A DNA stretch of 64,000 nucleotides, from the NCBI RefSeq assembly GCF_053078305.1, contig NZ_CP166879.1, one strand, 5' to 3'. The translations under genes and the position numbers were made by a program. Position 1 is the stretch's first letter, and the number at the start of each line of letters is the position of its first letter. Positions 9,643 to 21,497 of this stretch are shown in pieces. The notes under the pieces are model-generated. The model saw only the letters and a list, made by a program, of their open reading frames with translations. It had not been told where the DNA came from and ran no database searches.

Positions 9643-12279
9643 TTAACGACATTCAGCTGATAGCTGGGTTAATAACTGCTGCTGACTCTCTGGTGGCAGT
9701 TGATAATTGGCGACACAGTGAGCATTTTCCTCTTCTCCCCATTTCACCTGAACTTTTCCCGCTAGAGGCATTCCGCTGAGGTAAACCTGACCATTATCCG
9801 CAACAATGCCGCTACTCTGGCTACTCTCTGATGTCACCATCGCCCCGAACGGCAGCGGCTTATTATTGTGGGTTAGCGTCATGAGCAGTTTTATCCCAAC
9901 GCGCGCTTTAAACTCTGCTCGCACGATCGCCCCACGAGTGGGAACAACGTTAGCGACCGCGTTATCTAAATCGACGTTATCAGCCAGGGTATTGGTATCC
10001 AGCGCCACTCTGTTTTCCCGATATTCGGTGGCATAAGGCAGCACGGCATAACCGCGCCAGTCGGTACGCACCCCCGTCTGGTTTTCGACTTTTGCATCTT
10101 TTGCGCCAGGCGCTTTAACAAGTACCACCGTATCGTTTAACGGCTGCCCCAGCGTTACACCATTGGCATGAGCCAGTACCCCACCGCTGACTCCGTAATA
10201 GAGCTGCTTAATATCATCGCTATGGCTGTAACCGATATTGGCATTGCCGTAACCACCGCGATAATTCAGCGTGGTGTAGCCTGTACTTCCGCTATTACCA
10301 TCGCCTCCCCCGGCATAGCCGGTTTGCACGCTATAACTGAGGTTGTTGTCTTCCAGCAACGTACCGTATACACCAGCCAGATTGGTCATCCGACCGTTGA
10401 GATCGTGTGACATGCTGTAGCTGGCACTGGCATGTCGCCACTGAGATTTACTGTCAGAACGCAGCCAGTGGCTGAAAGGAATATTGACGTTAAGCGCTAA
10501 CATCTGATCCCGTCCTTTTTGCCAGGCGTTTTTCGTCAGGCTATAGCTGAGCGTCCAGTTGATATCTTCGAACGCAGTATTTAATCCAGCCTGGAATTGC
10601 TCATCGACATTACTCGTTCCCCAATAAGTTTGATGGCTACCACTCAAATACAGTGTTGATGTGCGCCCGAGTTGCTGAGTAACGGTGAGCTGTAATTTCC
10701 CGCGTTTGTTATAAGCGAGGTTGTAATAGTCGGTGAATTTCGGCTTAACCTGAATAACTCCGTCCTGTGTTTCGATGTTGTAGCCATTCATTCGACTGTA
10801 TGTTGTATCAGCGAAATTAAAATATCCGCTGGTCGAATAACGGTAACCCACTAACTGAATATTCGTGCCTGACTCATTGAGCGATTTGTTATAGAGAAAA
10901 CGCACCGATTGTCCGTCATGCTGACTGTCATCGGGAAGTGTGGAATTAGCCTGCGTCATATCCACAGACAGAGCGCCCAGTGCCCCCATGTTTTTCCCGA
11001 TACCGAAATTAAAAGCACGATAACGATCCGCCAGTTGCGTTCCACCATATATTGTCCAGCCAGCCGGAAGGCCGTGGAGTAATGTACTCTGGAAAAAGCG
11101 GGTTTTTTCCTGCTGCGCATTTCCACTACGGTATTCTCCTGCCGTAATGGAATAACGAGTATGCCCTTCACGTTGCAAAAGCGGGACTGACGAATAGGGT
11201 ACGGTAAAAATCTGCGTGCTGCCGTCAGCCTCTTTGATCGTTACCTGCAAGTCACCACTATTACCTGCGGCATAGATATCGTTGATGGTAAAAGGCCCCG
11301 GTGGCACCGTACTATTATAAATGTCATACCCATTTTGTTTAATAGTGACCTGTGCAGTACCACGAGCAATACCGTGGATCACCGGGGCAAATCCTCTTTG
11401 GCTATCGGGTAACATATTGTCATCTGAGGCCAATTGTGCGCCGCGAAAGTTAATACCATCGAAAATATCGCCCTGAGTATAACCATCACCCAGCGTCAGC
11501 CGGGAACGTAAAGGAATTATGTCTCGCTCAAGCCAGGTATTGATATGCTGCCATTTATTTTTGCTACCTGATGAACTGTCGCTACTGTTATAACTCCAGG
11601 TGGTATTGTCGCGTAAACGCCACGCACCAATATTTAACCCACTCTGTAGGTTTAAATATGCATAATGGCTGTTACCCCCAATCCGATTCTGTACACTATT
11701 TCCGCTGAAATTATAATTGAGCAATCCGGCATTAATACCAGGATCCCATAACTCAGGAGGAATATAACCACGCGCGCGATTACTCATAAATGCCTGAGGG
11801 ATCGTCAGGTTCAGTCGCTGCTGACCAACATCTAAATGCGCAGTAGCGTCCTGGACCATTGTGGTTAATGGCACACAGGCATCATCCGCCAGCAGATTCA
11901 TACCGGCGACAGAAGCCGTATTCAGCCCCATACTGGCAAGTTGCGCGCGTGTCAGGCAGGGAACAATCCCTTGTTCACTGTCGCCCGTATTAAATGTGAC
12001 ATCACGCGTTGCCATATAACCATTATTCAAATAGATATCGACACGATACGTCCCTGGCGGTAATTCTTGCCCATTTTCAAAACGCGATAAATCGGCCACA
12101 GCCTGGGGATCATCCGCTAAAAAACGCGGGTTAAAATAGAGTTCGGCAGATGACAAAGGTGCCTGTGCGGCAAAAGCACAGGCAACAAAGAGCCGGACAA
12201 AAAAACCAGCCAAACGATGCTTACGAATATGCAAGCATTGTGTGTTTCGCTGGTAAAGTCTTAAATTCAGATATGACAT
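9643..12279 (-). CDS. fimD: Outer-membrane usher FimD
   Basis: 878 aa usher-family protein between fimC and fimF. Confidence 0.96.
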   Translation of the reverse strand: MSYLNLRLYQRNTQCLHIRKHRLAGFFVRLFVACAFAAQAPLSSAELYFNPRFLADDPQAVADLSRFENGQELPPGTYRVDIYLNNGYMATRDVTFNTGDSEQGIVPCLTRAQLASMGLNTASVAGMNLLADDACVPLTTMVQDATAHLDVGQQRLNLTIPQAFMSNRARGYIPPELWDPGINAGLLNYNFSGNSVQNRIGGNSHYAYLNLQSGLNIGAWRLRDNTTWSYNSSDSSSGSKNKWQHINTWLERDIIPLRSRLTLGDGYTQGDIFDGINFRGAQLASDDNMLPDSQRGFAPVIHGIARGTAQVTIKQNGYDIYNSTVPPGPFTINDIYAAGNSGDLQVTIKEADGSTQIFTVPYSSVPLLQREGHTRYSITAGEYRSGNAQQEKTRFFQSTLLHGLPAGWTIYGGTQLADRYRAFNFGIGKNMGALGALSVDMTQANSTLPDDSQHDGQSVRFLYNKSLNESGTNIQLVGYRYSTSGYFNFADTTYSRMNGYNIETQDGVIQVKPKFTDYYNLAYNKRGKLQLTVTQQLGRTSTLYLSGSHQTYWGTSNVDEQFQAGLNTAFEDINWTLSYSLTKNAWQKGRDQMLALNVNIPFSHWLRSDSKSQWRHASASYSMSHDLNGRMTNLAGVYGTLLEDNNLSYSVQTGYAGGGDGNSGSTGYTTLNYRGGYGNANIGYSHSDDIKQLYYGVSGGVLAHANGVTLGQPLNDTVVLVKAPGAKDAKVENQTGVRTDWRGYAVLPYATEYRENRVALDTNTLADNVDLDNAVANVVPTRGAIVRAEFKARVGIKLLMTLTHNNKPLPFGAMVTSESSQSSGIVADNGQVYLSGMPLAGKVQVKWGEEENAHCVANYQLPPESQQQLLTQLSAECR

Positions 12280-12345
12280 TATTCCTCCGGTTTAAAATCA
12301 CCCGGCAGTCAATTCTTTTTATTCAGGCGAAAAATTCCCCCTGCG

Positions 12346-13071
12346 TTATTCCATTATGCCCGTCATTTTGGGGGTAAGTGCGCCATAATCATTTATTGTT
12401 CGGTAAGTAATATTGCTTCCTGCATCAGAAGGCAATTTAACCGTGCTTTCGCCCATTGGAGGCACCAAGGCATTTTCAAGAACCCGGGTTCCGGCATTCA
12501 ACTCTGTTACCGTCAGGTAATAGGGTGTCGGGTTAATCAGCGTCAGAGAATTCGCGCTACGACGAAATCTTAATTTTTCTGCGGCCTGATCGGATGGCAA
12601 CGCTAATTTAGCCGGACGATAGTACAGTTTAATGCGGCTGATAATTGCGAGCTGTAGCGTATTCTCAGTCAATTTTGATTTATCCATTGACGGAATCGCT
12701 TTAACGTTCATCCAGAATAAACTTTCCCGGTCCTGTGGCAATTGGTTATTTGTTGCATCAAGAATACGCAAGGTATTCTCTTTTTTTCCCTTCATCGCAA
12801 ACAGAGGAGGCGTCACGATAAAACGACCATCCTTTACACCATCGGCATTTTCCACCCATGATTGAATTAAATAGGTACTATTTTCATCATTATTTGTCAC
12901 GGCAAGTTGCACTTGTTTTTGCCCTGCCGGATAAATTACGCGAGTCGCACCTAAGGCCACTCCCGCTTCAGCGCGTCCGGCAACCATCATTGCCATGAAC
13001 ATCAGGATACCTGCCAGCAAGCAGAATGTTATTTCCTGCGATTTCCTTACATTGACGTTTTTATTACTCAC
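12346..13071 (-). CDS. fimC: Periplasmic pilus chaperone FimC
   Basis: 241 aa PapD-like chaperone translation. Confidence 0.96.
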   Translation of the reverse strand: MSNKNVNVRKSQEITFCLLAGILMFMAMMVAGRAEAGVALGATRVIYPAGQKQVQLAVTNNDENSTYLIQSWVENADGVKDGRFIVTPPLFAMKGKKENTLRILDATNNQLPQDRESLFWMNVKAIPSMDKSKLTENTLQLAIISRIKLYYRPAKLALPSDQAAEKLRFRRSANSLTLINPTPYYLTVTELNAGTRVLENALVPPMGESTVKLPSDAGSNITYRTINDYGALTPKMTGIME

Positions 13072-13107
13072 TGTCCTGTTCCTGTTATCACATTATCTGC
13101 TGAACAA

Positions 13108-13647
13108 TTACTGATAGGTTAAAGAGAACCAGGCCTGGGCATTGGCGATGCCGCCAGTAACCCGACGCCCGGTAGCACGATATTTGGCGATGAAATGTAG
13201 CGAAGTAGAGCCTGAGTAAAGCCGTTTCCAGTTTGCTGGAGGACGATTAATCGGTACGAGGTTTCCTTCATCATCAAACAACGCTACGCCAATATTGGTG
13301 GCTATCCCTGGCCCCTCTCCCACGGAAAGCACATCCGGATTTTTACCATCCGCGACACCGTGAAACGCCACACCCACACGTTCACTCACCACCGTGCTAC
13401 ATTCCCGTAAATGAATAACAAAAGGCACCGGTGCGCTATCTTCCCCTACCGCATGAAACCGGTTACTGCTGATTTGCCCCATATTGACCGTCATTTGTTT
13501 ATCACCGGCTTCAATCCGGCAAGTTTCCGCAATAATGACGCCCTGAAATTGCATATTTCCGCCGGGCAACGTGGTATTCCATTTATTTCCGGCCAGAGCA
13601 AACATTGGCAGCAACGACGCTAATAGAAATAATCTCTTCCTTTTCAT
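13108..13647 (-). CDS. fimI: Fimbrin-like protein FimI
   Basis: Pilin-like; start set at [13 protein letters not shown] (179 aa); ORF extends further upstream and overlaps fimA 3' end. Confidence 0.88.
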
Positions 13648-13711
13648 CGTTATTTTTATCGCACAAGGGTGGGCATCCCTGCCCGTAATGACGTCCCTGA
13701 ACCTGGGTAGG

Positions 13712-14260
13712 TTATTGATACTGAACCTTGAAGGTCGCATCCGCATTAGCTGCGCCAGGGGTTGCGACACCGGTTGCATAATAACGCGCCTGGAACGGAA
13801 TGGTGTTAGTACCGTTATTCAGGGTTGTTTGCTCACTGAATGTCGCACCATCCAGCGTCAGCGCAGCACCCGTTCTGTCCAGGATCTGCACACCAACGTT
13901 TGTTGCACTACCTGCAGCAGAACTCTGCAGAGCCAGAACGTTGGTATGAGTCGCATCAATCGCCGTACCTAAAAAGGCAACAGCGGCTTTTGATGCAACA
14001 TTGGTATCGCAATCATTCAGCTGAATGTTAAAACCGACAGCAGAACTGGTTGCTCCGTCCTGTGCCAGCGATGCGGTACGAACCTGTCCTAACTGAACGG
14101 TTTGATCCACAGAGCCTGCATCAACTGCGCAAGCGGCGTTAACAACTTCCCCTTTAAAGTGAACGGTCCCACCATTAACCGTCGTGGCAGCGGCCAGAGC
14201 CGCTGTAGAACTGAGGGACAGAGCCGACAGAACAACGATTGCCAGAGTTTTAATTTTCAT
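13712..14260 (-). CDS. fimA: Type 1 fimbrial major subunit FimA
   Basis: Start set at [23 protein letters not shown] (182 aa); pilin C-terminus ...FKVQYQ. Confidence 0.95.
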
Positions 14261-14378
14261 GCTGCTTTCCTTTAAAAAAACTATTTCTAAATCGACATGG
14301 GCAGTCGTTCTGTACACTTTGTTTTGTCAACGAGTTTGACTGCCAACACTGCACAGTTTTCCCCCAAAAGATGAAACA

Positions 14379-14693
14379 TTTGGGGCCATTTTGACTCATA
14401 GAGGAAAGCATCGCGCACAAACTTTTTCAGTTTATTTGTTGGCTTAATATTCTATTGTTATCTTTATTTATAGATTTTTATATTGCATGAGGTGGTTTTT
14501 GGAGAGAAGAATGAGGAAGATGCGTCGAGCCACAGAAACGTTAGCTTTACATATAGCGGAGGTGATGTGAAATTAATTTACAAGAGAAATAATTTACATA
14601 TCAAACAGTTAGATGGTTTTTGTCGTTTTTTAAAATTTTTATGCTTGAGAAAAAATACGTAACTTATTTATGATATGGACAGTTTGGCCCCAA
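14379..14693. promoter_or_regulatory. fimS: fimS invertible phase-variation switch (315 bp) bounded by 9-bp inverted repeats TTGGGGCCA (14379-14387) and TGGCCCCAA (14685-14693); carries the fimA promoter
   Basis: Both 9-bp inverted repeats read directly between fimA and fimE; sigma70-like TTGAGA-18bp-TATGAT at 14645-14674 on + strand. Confidence 0.9.
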
Positions 14694-14740
14694 TTGTCTT
14701 GTATTTATTTGTTTTTTAACTTTATTATCAATAAGTTAAA

Positions 14741-15337
14741 TCAAACCTCTTCTCTTTTTAATTTTTCGTTTATGAGATTATTTCTTTCCCATAATCCGGC
14801 AAAACGAGCAGCATTACTGGCGGTATAACGTACAGTATGGCGAATATTTCGATGCCCGAGATAATCCTGAATTAAACGAGTATCTGCACCACGCTCCGCC
14901 AGTTCATAACCGCAAGCATGCCTTAACATATGAGGATGAGTCTGCGTTACGGTTCCAGCTTCAATACCGGCATCACGAATAATGCGATAGGCCTGCTGGC
15001 GAGAAAGCCGACTCCCGCGGCGAGAAATAAATATAGCGTCGGTCCGGTCAGCGCCTTTCCAGTTAGCACGTTCCAGGGTCCAGCGTTCCACAGCTTCACG
15101 CTCATCAAAACGTAACGGGTGAACGGTAGAAAATCCGTTCTTCAGTCGGCGAATATTTATTCGACCTTCATTAAGGTCAAGATCCTGATAATGCAGATCA
15201 AGCAGTTCACTAATACGCATCCCATGCCGATATGCCAACAGAATAAGACAATAATCTCTGGCTCCCGTTGCCCCGTAACAAACCGCCTGCATCATGGCCT
15301 GAACTTCTTTACCGGTAAGATAACGACGTTTACTCAC
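14741..15337 (-). CDS. fimE: Tyrosine recombinase FimE (ON-to-OFF switching)
   Basis: 198 aa, MSKRRYLTGKEVQAMMQAV..., C-terminal HxxR...Y recombinase motifs. Confidence 0.96.
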   Translation of the reverse strand: MSKRRYLTGKEVQAMMQAVCYGATGARDYCLILLAYRHGMRISELLDLHYQDLDLNEGRINIRRLKNGFSTVHPLRFDEREAVERWTLERANWKGADRTDAIFISRRGSRLSRQQAYRIIRDAGIEAGTVTQTHPHMLRHACGYELAERGADTRLIQDYLGHRNIRHTVRYTASNAARFAGLWERNNLINEKLKREEV

Positions 15338-15814
15338 AATAGTAGTACTCCTAACTGAGATATATTTGAATGAATACCTATAGGAAACCTCAATCGGTCA
15401 AAATTAGCCCAATAGATAAAAAGATAACCACACACGAAGTGATGTGGCTATCAGTCAATTACATTAAATATCATACAAAAATAAAATATCACTGATGTGA
15501 CAACATCTATTTTCATTGATTTGATTCAATATAACAATAGATTGCAGTGGATTAACTTCCAGTTGCTTAAAAAATAAAGAAAAAAGTGCGAAAACAGGAG
15601 AATTTAAGCGATGTGTAAATTTATGAATGATTTTGTTTATTTATTTTGAAGAACATAAACCATTGTATTTTGTATGGATATGGTTAACTTAATGTTTATT
15701 ATGATAATTAAGAATTATACTTACAATAACATCAATTAATAAATGGTTAATCGTTTTTGATATATCGTAAGAATAATGTAGTTTTTAACACCATCCCTGG
15801 TATCTCAACTATCT

Positions 15815-16417
15815 CTATAAAACAGCGTGACGCTGTCGTCCTCTGGCTCTATCCCAGATGCCGTAAAAACGCCCTGCATTGCTGGCGGTATACCAGACAG
15901 TATGACGAATATTGCGATGCCCAAGATAATCCTGGATAAGTCGCGTATCTATTCCCATATTCGCCAAAGCAAAACCACACGAATGGCGTAACATGTGCGG
16001 ATGAATCTCCAGTGACAACCCGGCATTACCACCGGAAGTCGAGATAATATGGTAAAACTGTTGCCGAGAAAGCGGATTCCCCTTACGCGATAAAAATACC
16101 CACTCGCTCTCAGCATGCGGATAAGAAGTACGGATACTCAACCAGTTTTTTAAAGCCTGAATTTCTTTGTTCAATAGCGGGTGCGTTGTTGAAAAGCCTT
16201 TTTTTAATCGATGGATATATATACACTTTGCCTTAAGATCAATATCCGAAATCCTCAATCGACAAATTTCACTCGCCCGGAAACCATGAATAAAACAAAG
16301 CAAAGTCAGACAATAATTACGTGCTGCATGAGGCCCGGTATTTGCTGCTTTAAGGAGTGATTCGATTTCACTATGGGTCAGGAAGTTCCTTTTTTTGTTA
16401 TCAGCCTTATTCTTCAT
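15815..16417 (-). CDS. fimB: Tyrosine recombinase FimB (bidirectional switching)
   Basis: Start set at MKNKADNKKRNFLTHSEIESLL (200 aa); paralog of FimE. Confidence 0.95.
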   Translation of the reverse strand: MKNKADNKKRNFLTHSEIESLLKAANTGPHAARNYCLTLLCFIHGFRASEICRLRISDIDLKAKCIYIHRLKKGFSTTHPLLNKEIQALKNWLSIRTSYPHAESEWVFLSRKGNPLSRQQFYHIISTSGGNAGLSLEIHPHMLRHSCGFALANMGIDTRLIQDYLGHRNIRHTVWYTASNAGRFYGIWDRARGRQRHAVL

Positions 16418-17872
16418 CGTTTTTCCCTTATAATTACAGACGCGCACTAGCTGTGCTGGGTTAGCAATAATCCAACATTTTTATCCTGATTATGTTTATA
16501 AAAGCGAACGTTTGCTTAATAACTAACGTAAGTGGACCAGTTCTTCTGAGTGAACTTAAATGGAGTAGCAACAGTTAATTATAATAACGTTGCCATACAA
16601 ACGCTATGCTCTTGCATGCTATGTACCTTTATATATTTATCAATCGGATACGAATCTAATAATAACCCTCATCATTAATGCAACTAATCTTATCTATATA
16701 TCATGTGATATGTTCTGTAACAAGTAAAATCAACATAAAAAATTCAGCAAAATTTAATATTCGTTCAACTAGCCGTCTCACATATGACATTATTAGTCAA
16801 CTCAATTTGCCACAAAATGGCTATTTCATGGAACACAGTAATTTCTTAGTGGCTATTATCAAGCTAATTCTTAGGTCCCTAGCGATTATTCCTGGCTGGT
16901 TCGTCAGTTTAAGCCATGAGATTGTTACATTCCTTTTTATCCTGGAGATATGGGGGAACGCAGGAGACGATTTTTTCATCTACATTCGCTGGTAAATATG
17001 GCTTTGGTCACTGCGACTTAAACCTTCCTCAATCACAGCCATTCGCCGGGCGATACGGCAAACAAACTAAGTGAAACATCATCCTGAAAACACCAACATC
17101 AACAAGCCTCTCCAGATCGACTTCAGAAGTGACCAGTTACAAGCCACAAACCAGGAAACATATTTCATGATGAGAGTTATGCTCAGCCTGATGGCGGGTA
17201 AACACTTATTTTCACCAAGCTCACTGAGTTAGCTTGCAAAGCTTCCCTTGTTTAGACTCTAAATAAATTATTTATAAAACATATAGTTAAAAGAAGATCT
17301 TTAGTTTTTGAAGACCACCGCAAGTGTTCGTCTGGCTTCACATGGCATCTTCTTCTTAGAAAAAGATCGACATATTTTGTGACACGAATTGCAAATCTGG
17401 TTTTGTTGTATGGATTGCGTGATTTTTGATCTGGTATAACAGGTATAAAGGTGCACCACGATAGACAATGAGACAGGGCATCTTGCAATCTATGGCAAAC
17501 ATCGCTTCAGTTCTTTCTCATCGGGTGATGAAAACGCACTTCAGTCTGAAAGGAATATGAAAATGAGATCAACAGACACTCTATTTTATGACTCTGGGTA
17601 AAATGGATTGAGTAAGTGATATAGCTTACGAACATTCAAATCAATTAAACATCAGAAGAGATTTTATACTCAGGTATTTAATCTGGATCTCTGTTTATTT
17701 AAATAATGTGAAAAGAGATTTTTCACAGGAGACCTTATACAAAAAAATATAAAATACAGCTACCGGTTGCCAAAGACACTATAAGCCTGGCAAAAAATAT
17801 TACACAACATAAATGCTAATTGTTTATGCGGGCTTTGTATTGCTTTCTGTATCCTACAAATGAGTGAAATTT

Positions 17873-18589
17873 ATGAAAAAGGCTAAAATACTTTCTGGCG
17901 TATTATTACTGTGCTTTTCGTCCCCATTAATTTCTCAGGCTGCGACACTGGACGTACGTGGTGGATATCGTAGTGGAAGCCACGCCTATGAGACTCGACT
18001 CAAAGTCAGTGAGGGATGGCAAAATGGATGGTGGGCAAGTATGGAAAGTAATACCTGGAATACCATTCATGATAATAAAAAGGAAAATGCCGCACTCAAT
18101 GATGTTCAGGTTGAAGTTAATTACGCGATTAAACTTGATGATCAATGGACGGTGCGCCCGGGAATGTTAACGCATTTTAGCAGCAACGGCACACGCTACG
18201 GACCCTACGTAAAACTGTCCTGGGACGCGACAAAAGATCTTAATTTTGGCATTCGCTATCGTTACGACTGGAAAGCTTACCGACAACAAGACTTATCCGG
18301 TGATATGTCTCGTGATAACGTTCATCGTTGGGATGGATATGTCACTTACCATATTAATAGTGATTTCACCTTCGCATGGCAAACGACGCTATACAGCAAA
18401 CAGAACGATTATCGCTATGCAAACCATAAGAAATGGGCGACGGAAAATGCATTTGTTCTACAATACCATATGACGCCGGATATTACGCCATACATAGAAT
18501 ATGACTACCTTGACCGTCAGGGTGTTTACAACGGCAGAGATAATTTATCGGAAAACAGTTATCGCATTGGTGTGTCATTTAAACTGTAG
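17873..18589 (+). CDS. nanC: N-acetylneuraminic acid outer-membrane channel NanC (KdgM family)
   Basis: Signal peptide plus beta-barrel-like sequence; start at MKKAKILSGV (238 aa). Confidence 0.9.
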   Translation: MKKAKILSGVLLLCFSSPLISQAATLDVRGGYRSGSHAYETRLKVSEGWQNGWWASMESNTWNTIHDNKKENAALNDVQVEVNYAIKLDDQWTVRPGMLTHFSSNGTRYGPYVKLSWDATKDLNFGIRYRYDWKAYRQQDLSGDMSRDNVHRWDGYVTYHINSDFTFAWQTTLYSKQNDYRYANHKKWATENAFVLQYHMTPDITPYIEYDYLDRQGVYNGRDNLSENSYRIGVSFKL

Positions 18590-18609
18590 TAGACAGGAGA
18601 CAGTCACAA

Positions 18610-19715
18610 TGAATAAAACAATAACGGCGCTTGCTATCATGATGGCTTCATTTGCCACAAACGCGTCTGTATTACCGGAAACTCCTGTGCCATTTAAAAG
18701 TGGTACCGGAGCAATTGATAACGACACTGTCTACATTGGTTTAGGTAGCGCAGGTACGGCATGGTACAAGCTGGATACACAGGCCAAAGATAAAAAATGG
18801 ACAGCGTTAGCTGCATTCCCTGGTGGACCAAGAGATCAAGCAACCTCGGCATTTATTGATGGCAATCTGTATGTGTTTGGCGGCATTGGAAAAAATAGCG
18901 AGGGCTTGACTCAGGTATTTAATGACGTACACAAATACAACCCTAAAACCAATAGCTGGGTTAAATTGATGTCGCACGCACCGATGGGCATGGCGGGCCA
19001 TGTGACTTTTGTACACAACGGCAAGGCTTATGTTACTGGCGGTGTTAACCAGAATATCTTCAATGGCTATTTTGAAGATCTCAACGAAGCTGGAAAAGAT
19101 TCAACCGCTGTAGATAAAATCAATGCCTACTATTTTGACAAAAAAGCAGAAGATTATTTCTTCAATAAGTTTCTGTTGTCTTTTGATCCCTCAACACAGC
19201 AATGGAGTTACGCTGGCGAATCGCCCTGGTACGGAACGGCTGGTGCGGCGGTTGTGAATAAAGGTGATAAAACCTGGCTTATTAATGGCGAAGCCAAACC
19301 AGGATTGCGAACGGATGCCGTATTTGAACTTGATTTCACCGGTAATAATTTAAAATGGAATAAGCTTGCTCCCGTCTCATCACCAGATGGCGTCGCTGGC
19401 GGTTTTGCGGGGATAAGCAATGATTCTCTTATATTTGCCGGAGGGGCCGGATTCAAAGGTTCACGAGAAAATTACCAGAACGGTAAGAACTATGCGCATG
19501 AAGGCCTGAAAAAATCATATAGCACTGATATTCATCTTTGGCATAACGGGAAATGGGATAAATCGGGTGAATTATCGCAAGGTCGGGCCTACGGAGTATC
19601 ATTGCCCTGGAATAATAGTCTATTAATTATTGGCGGTGAAACTGCAGGCGGCAAAGCGGTGACGGATTCAGTTTTGATCTCTGTGAAGGATAATAAAGTT
19701 ACAGTACAAAACTAA
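18610..19715 (+). CDS. nanM: N-acetylneuraminate mutarotase NanM (Kelch-repeat)
   Basis: Start at MNKTITALAIMMASFATNA with signal peptide; repeated GG..G Kelch-like motifs. Confidence 0.9.
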
Positions 19716-19779
19716 CGCTTCAGGGCCCCAGTAAAGGGGCCCAGCTATCAATTTGTCATTTCAATTACGCGAAAATTAT

Positions 19780-20760
19780 ATGAACGCAATAATATCGCCC
19801 GATTATTACTATGTTCTTACCGTTGCTGGTCAGTCTAATGCTATGGCGTATGGCGAAGGACTGCCATTACCGGACAGGGAAGATGCGCCTCATCCCAGAA
19901 TTAAACAATTAGCGAGATTTGCGCATACGCATCCCGGAGGCCCGTCATGTCACTTTAACGACATTATTCCACTGACTCACTGCCCACACGATGTTCAGGA
20001 TATGCAGGGTTATCACCATCCTCTGGCAACGAATCATCAAACACAGTACGGCACCGTTGGCCAGGCACTGCATATTGCACGGAAATTACTGCCCTTCATT
20101 CCTGATAATGCAGGGGTTCTCATCGTTCCATGTTGTCGTGGCGGCTCGGCTTTTATCGCAGGCAGCGAAGGGACATATTCAGAACGGCACGGAGCCAGCC
20201 ATGATGCTTGTCGTTGGGGAACGGATACTCCGCTATACCAGGATTTAGTCAGCAGAACGCGAGCCGCACTGGCAAAAAATCCGCAGAACAAATTCCTCGG
20301 CGTATGCTGGATGCAAGGCGAATTTGACTTAATGACCAGTGACTACGCGTCACACCCTCAACACTTTAATCATATGGTTGAAGCCTTTCGTAGGGATCTA
20401 AAACAATACCATTCTCAGCTTAATAATATTACTGATGCGCCCTGGTTTTGCGGCGATACCACCTGGTACTGGAAAGAAAATTTCCCTCATGCGTATGAAG
20501 TTATTTATGGCAATTATCAAAATAATGTTTTAGCCAATATTATTTTCGTCGACTTCCAGCAACAAGGTGAAAGAGGACTGACGAACGCGCCTGATGAAGA
20601 CCCGGACGATTTAAGCACGGGATATTACGGTTCAGCGTACCGGTCACCGGAGAACTGGACGACGGCACTGCGAAGCAGTCATTTCAGCACGGCAGCCCGT
20701 CGGGGGATTATTTCTGACAGGTTTGTAGAAGCAATTTTGCAGTTTTGGCGCGAAAGGTGA
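19780..20760 (+). CDS. nanS: 9-O-acetyl-N-acetylneuraminate esterase NanS
   Basis: Start at MNAIISPDYYYVLTVAGQSNAMAYG (SGNH-like GQSN motif), 326 aa. Confidence 0.88.
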   Translation: MNAIISPDYYYVLTVAGQSNAMAYGEGLPLPDREDAPHPRIKQLARFAHTHPGGPSCHFNDIIPLTHCPHDVQDMQGYHHPLATNHQTQYGTVGQALHIARKLLPFIPDNAGVLIVPCCRGGSAFIAGSEGTYSERHGASHDACRWGTDTPLYQDLVSRTRAALAKNPQNKFLGVCWMQGEFDLMTSDYASHPQHFNHMVEAFRRDLKQYHSQLNNITDAPWFCGDTTWYWKENFPHAYEVIYGNYQNNVLANIIFVDFQQQGERGLTNAPDEDPDDLSTGYYGSAYRSPENWTTALRSSHFSTAARRGIISDRFVEAILQFWRER

Positions 20761-20767
20761 GCGTTCA

Positions 20768-21418
20768 TTAATTTGATTTATTCGCATCCATCAACGCTTT
20801 TAACTCCTCCGGCGTAAACGGTGGTTTGCGTCGGTGCAACATCGCATGGCAATTAGGGCACACAGGAAGTAAATCATTAACTGGATCCAGCAGGTAATCC
20901 TCTTTAATGGCTGAAAGCGGCACCAGGTGATGCATATGGATAAAGCCCTCAGCGATATCGCCATAGATCTTCACCAGATCAACGCCGCATACGTTGCACT
21001 GGCATCCGTGATATTCGACTGCTTTCTCGCGAGCTTTTTTATCGCGTTCATAGCTGTTTACCGTCACCTTTATCGCCGCACCTTCAACGTAGGTCCCCTG
21101 CGACGGCAACTCATCCGGGAACAGAACATCGGCTATGGGAGCCGCAGCGGCTTTATCCTGATGAATATGAAATCCCTGATCTATAAGTAGCTTGACGCAT
21201 TTAGATTTTATTCCGCCGGTGAAATCCGCAGGGGTAAATTGCGTCCCCGTCATCAATGTCGCTGCGATGCCAGCAATCGCCTTCGAGGGGTAACGTCGGC
21301 CATGATATTCAATCTCATACAACCGTGCAGGCTGGAACTGATGAGTTTCTCCCGCATCCCATAAATGAATAGCTTTGATGATATACCGCCGAGGAAGATG
21401 ATCGGGGAGTTTATTCAT
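20768..21418 (-). CDS. HNH endonuclease-domain protein (C-terminal CxxC...HH...CPNCH zinc/HNH motif) with uncharacterized N-terminal domain; possible modification-dependent restriction enzyme
   Basis: C-terminus CQCNVCGVD...HMHHLVPL...CPNCHAMLH read directly; no family assignment verified. Confidence 0.6.
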   Translation of the reverse strand: MNKLPDHLPRRYIIKAIHLWDAGETHQFQPARLYEIEYHGRRYPSKAIAGIAATLMTGTQFTPADFTGGIKSKCVKLLIDQGFHIHQDKAAAAPIADVLFPDELPSQGTYVEGAAIKVTVNSYERDKKAREKAVEYHGCQCNVCGVDLVKIYGDIAEGFIHMHHLVPLSAIKEDYLLDPVNDLLPVCPNCHAMLHRRKPPFTPEELKALMDANKSN

Positions 21419-21497
21419 GGAGAATGTCCTTATACGTTCTCAGAACAAGCAGCAAAAAAACAAATGAGATCAAAGTAATATATCTTCACTTGCAGGC

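Noticed and set aside
16678-16995. 105-aa ORF in the fimB-nanC intergenic region
   Set aside because: Very AT-rich, no RBS; this region is the long regulatory region upstream of fimB and nanC; likely non-coding.
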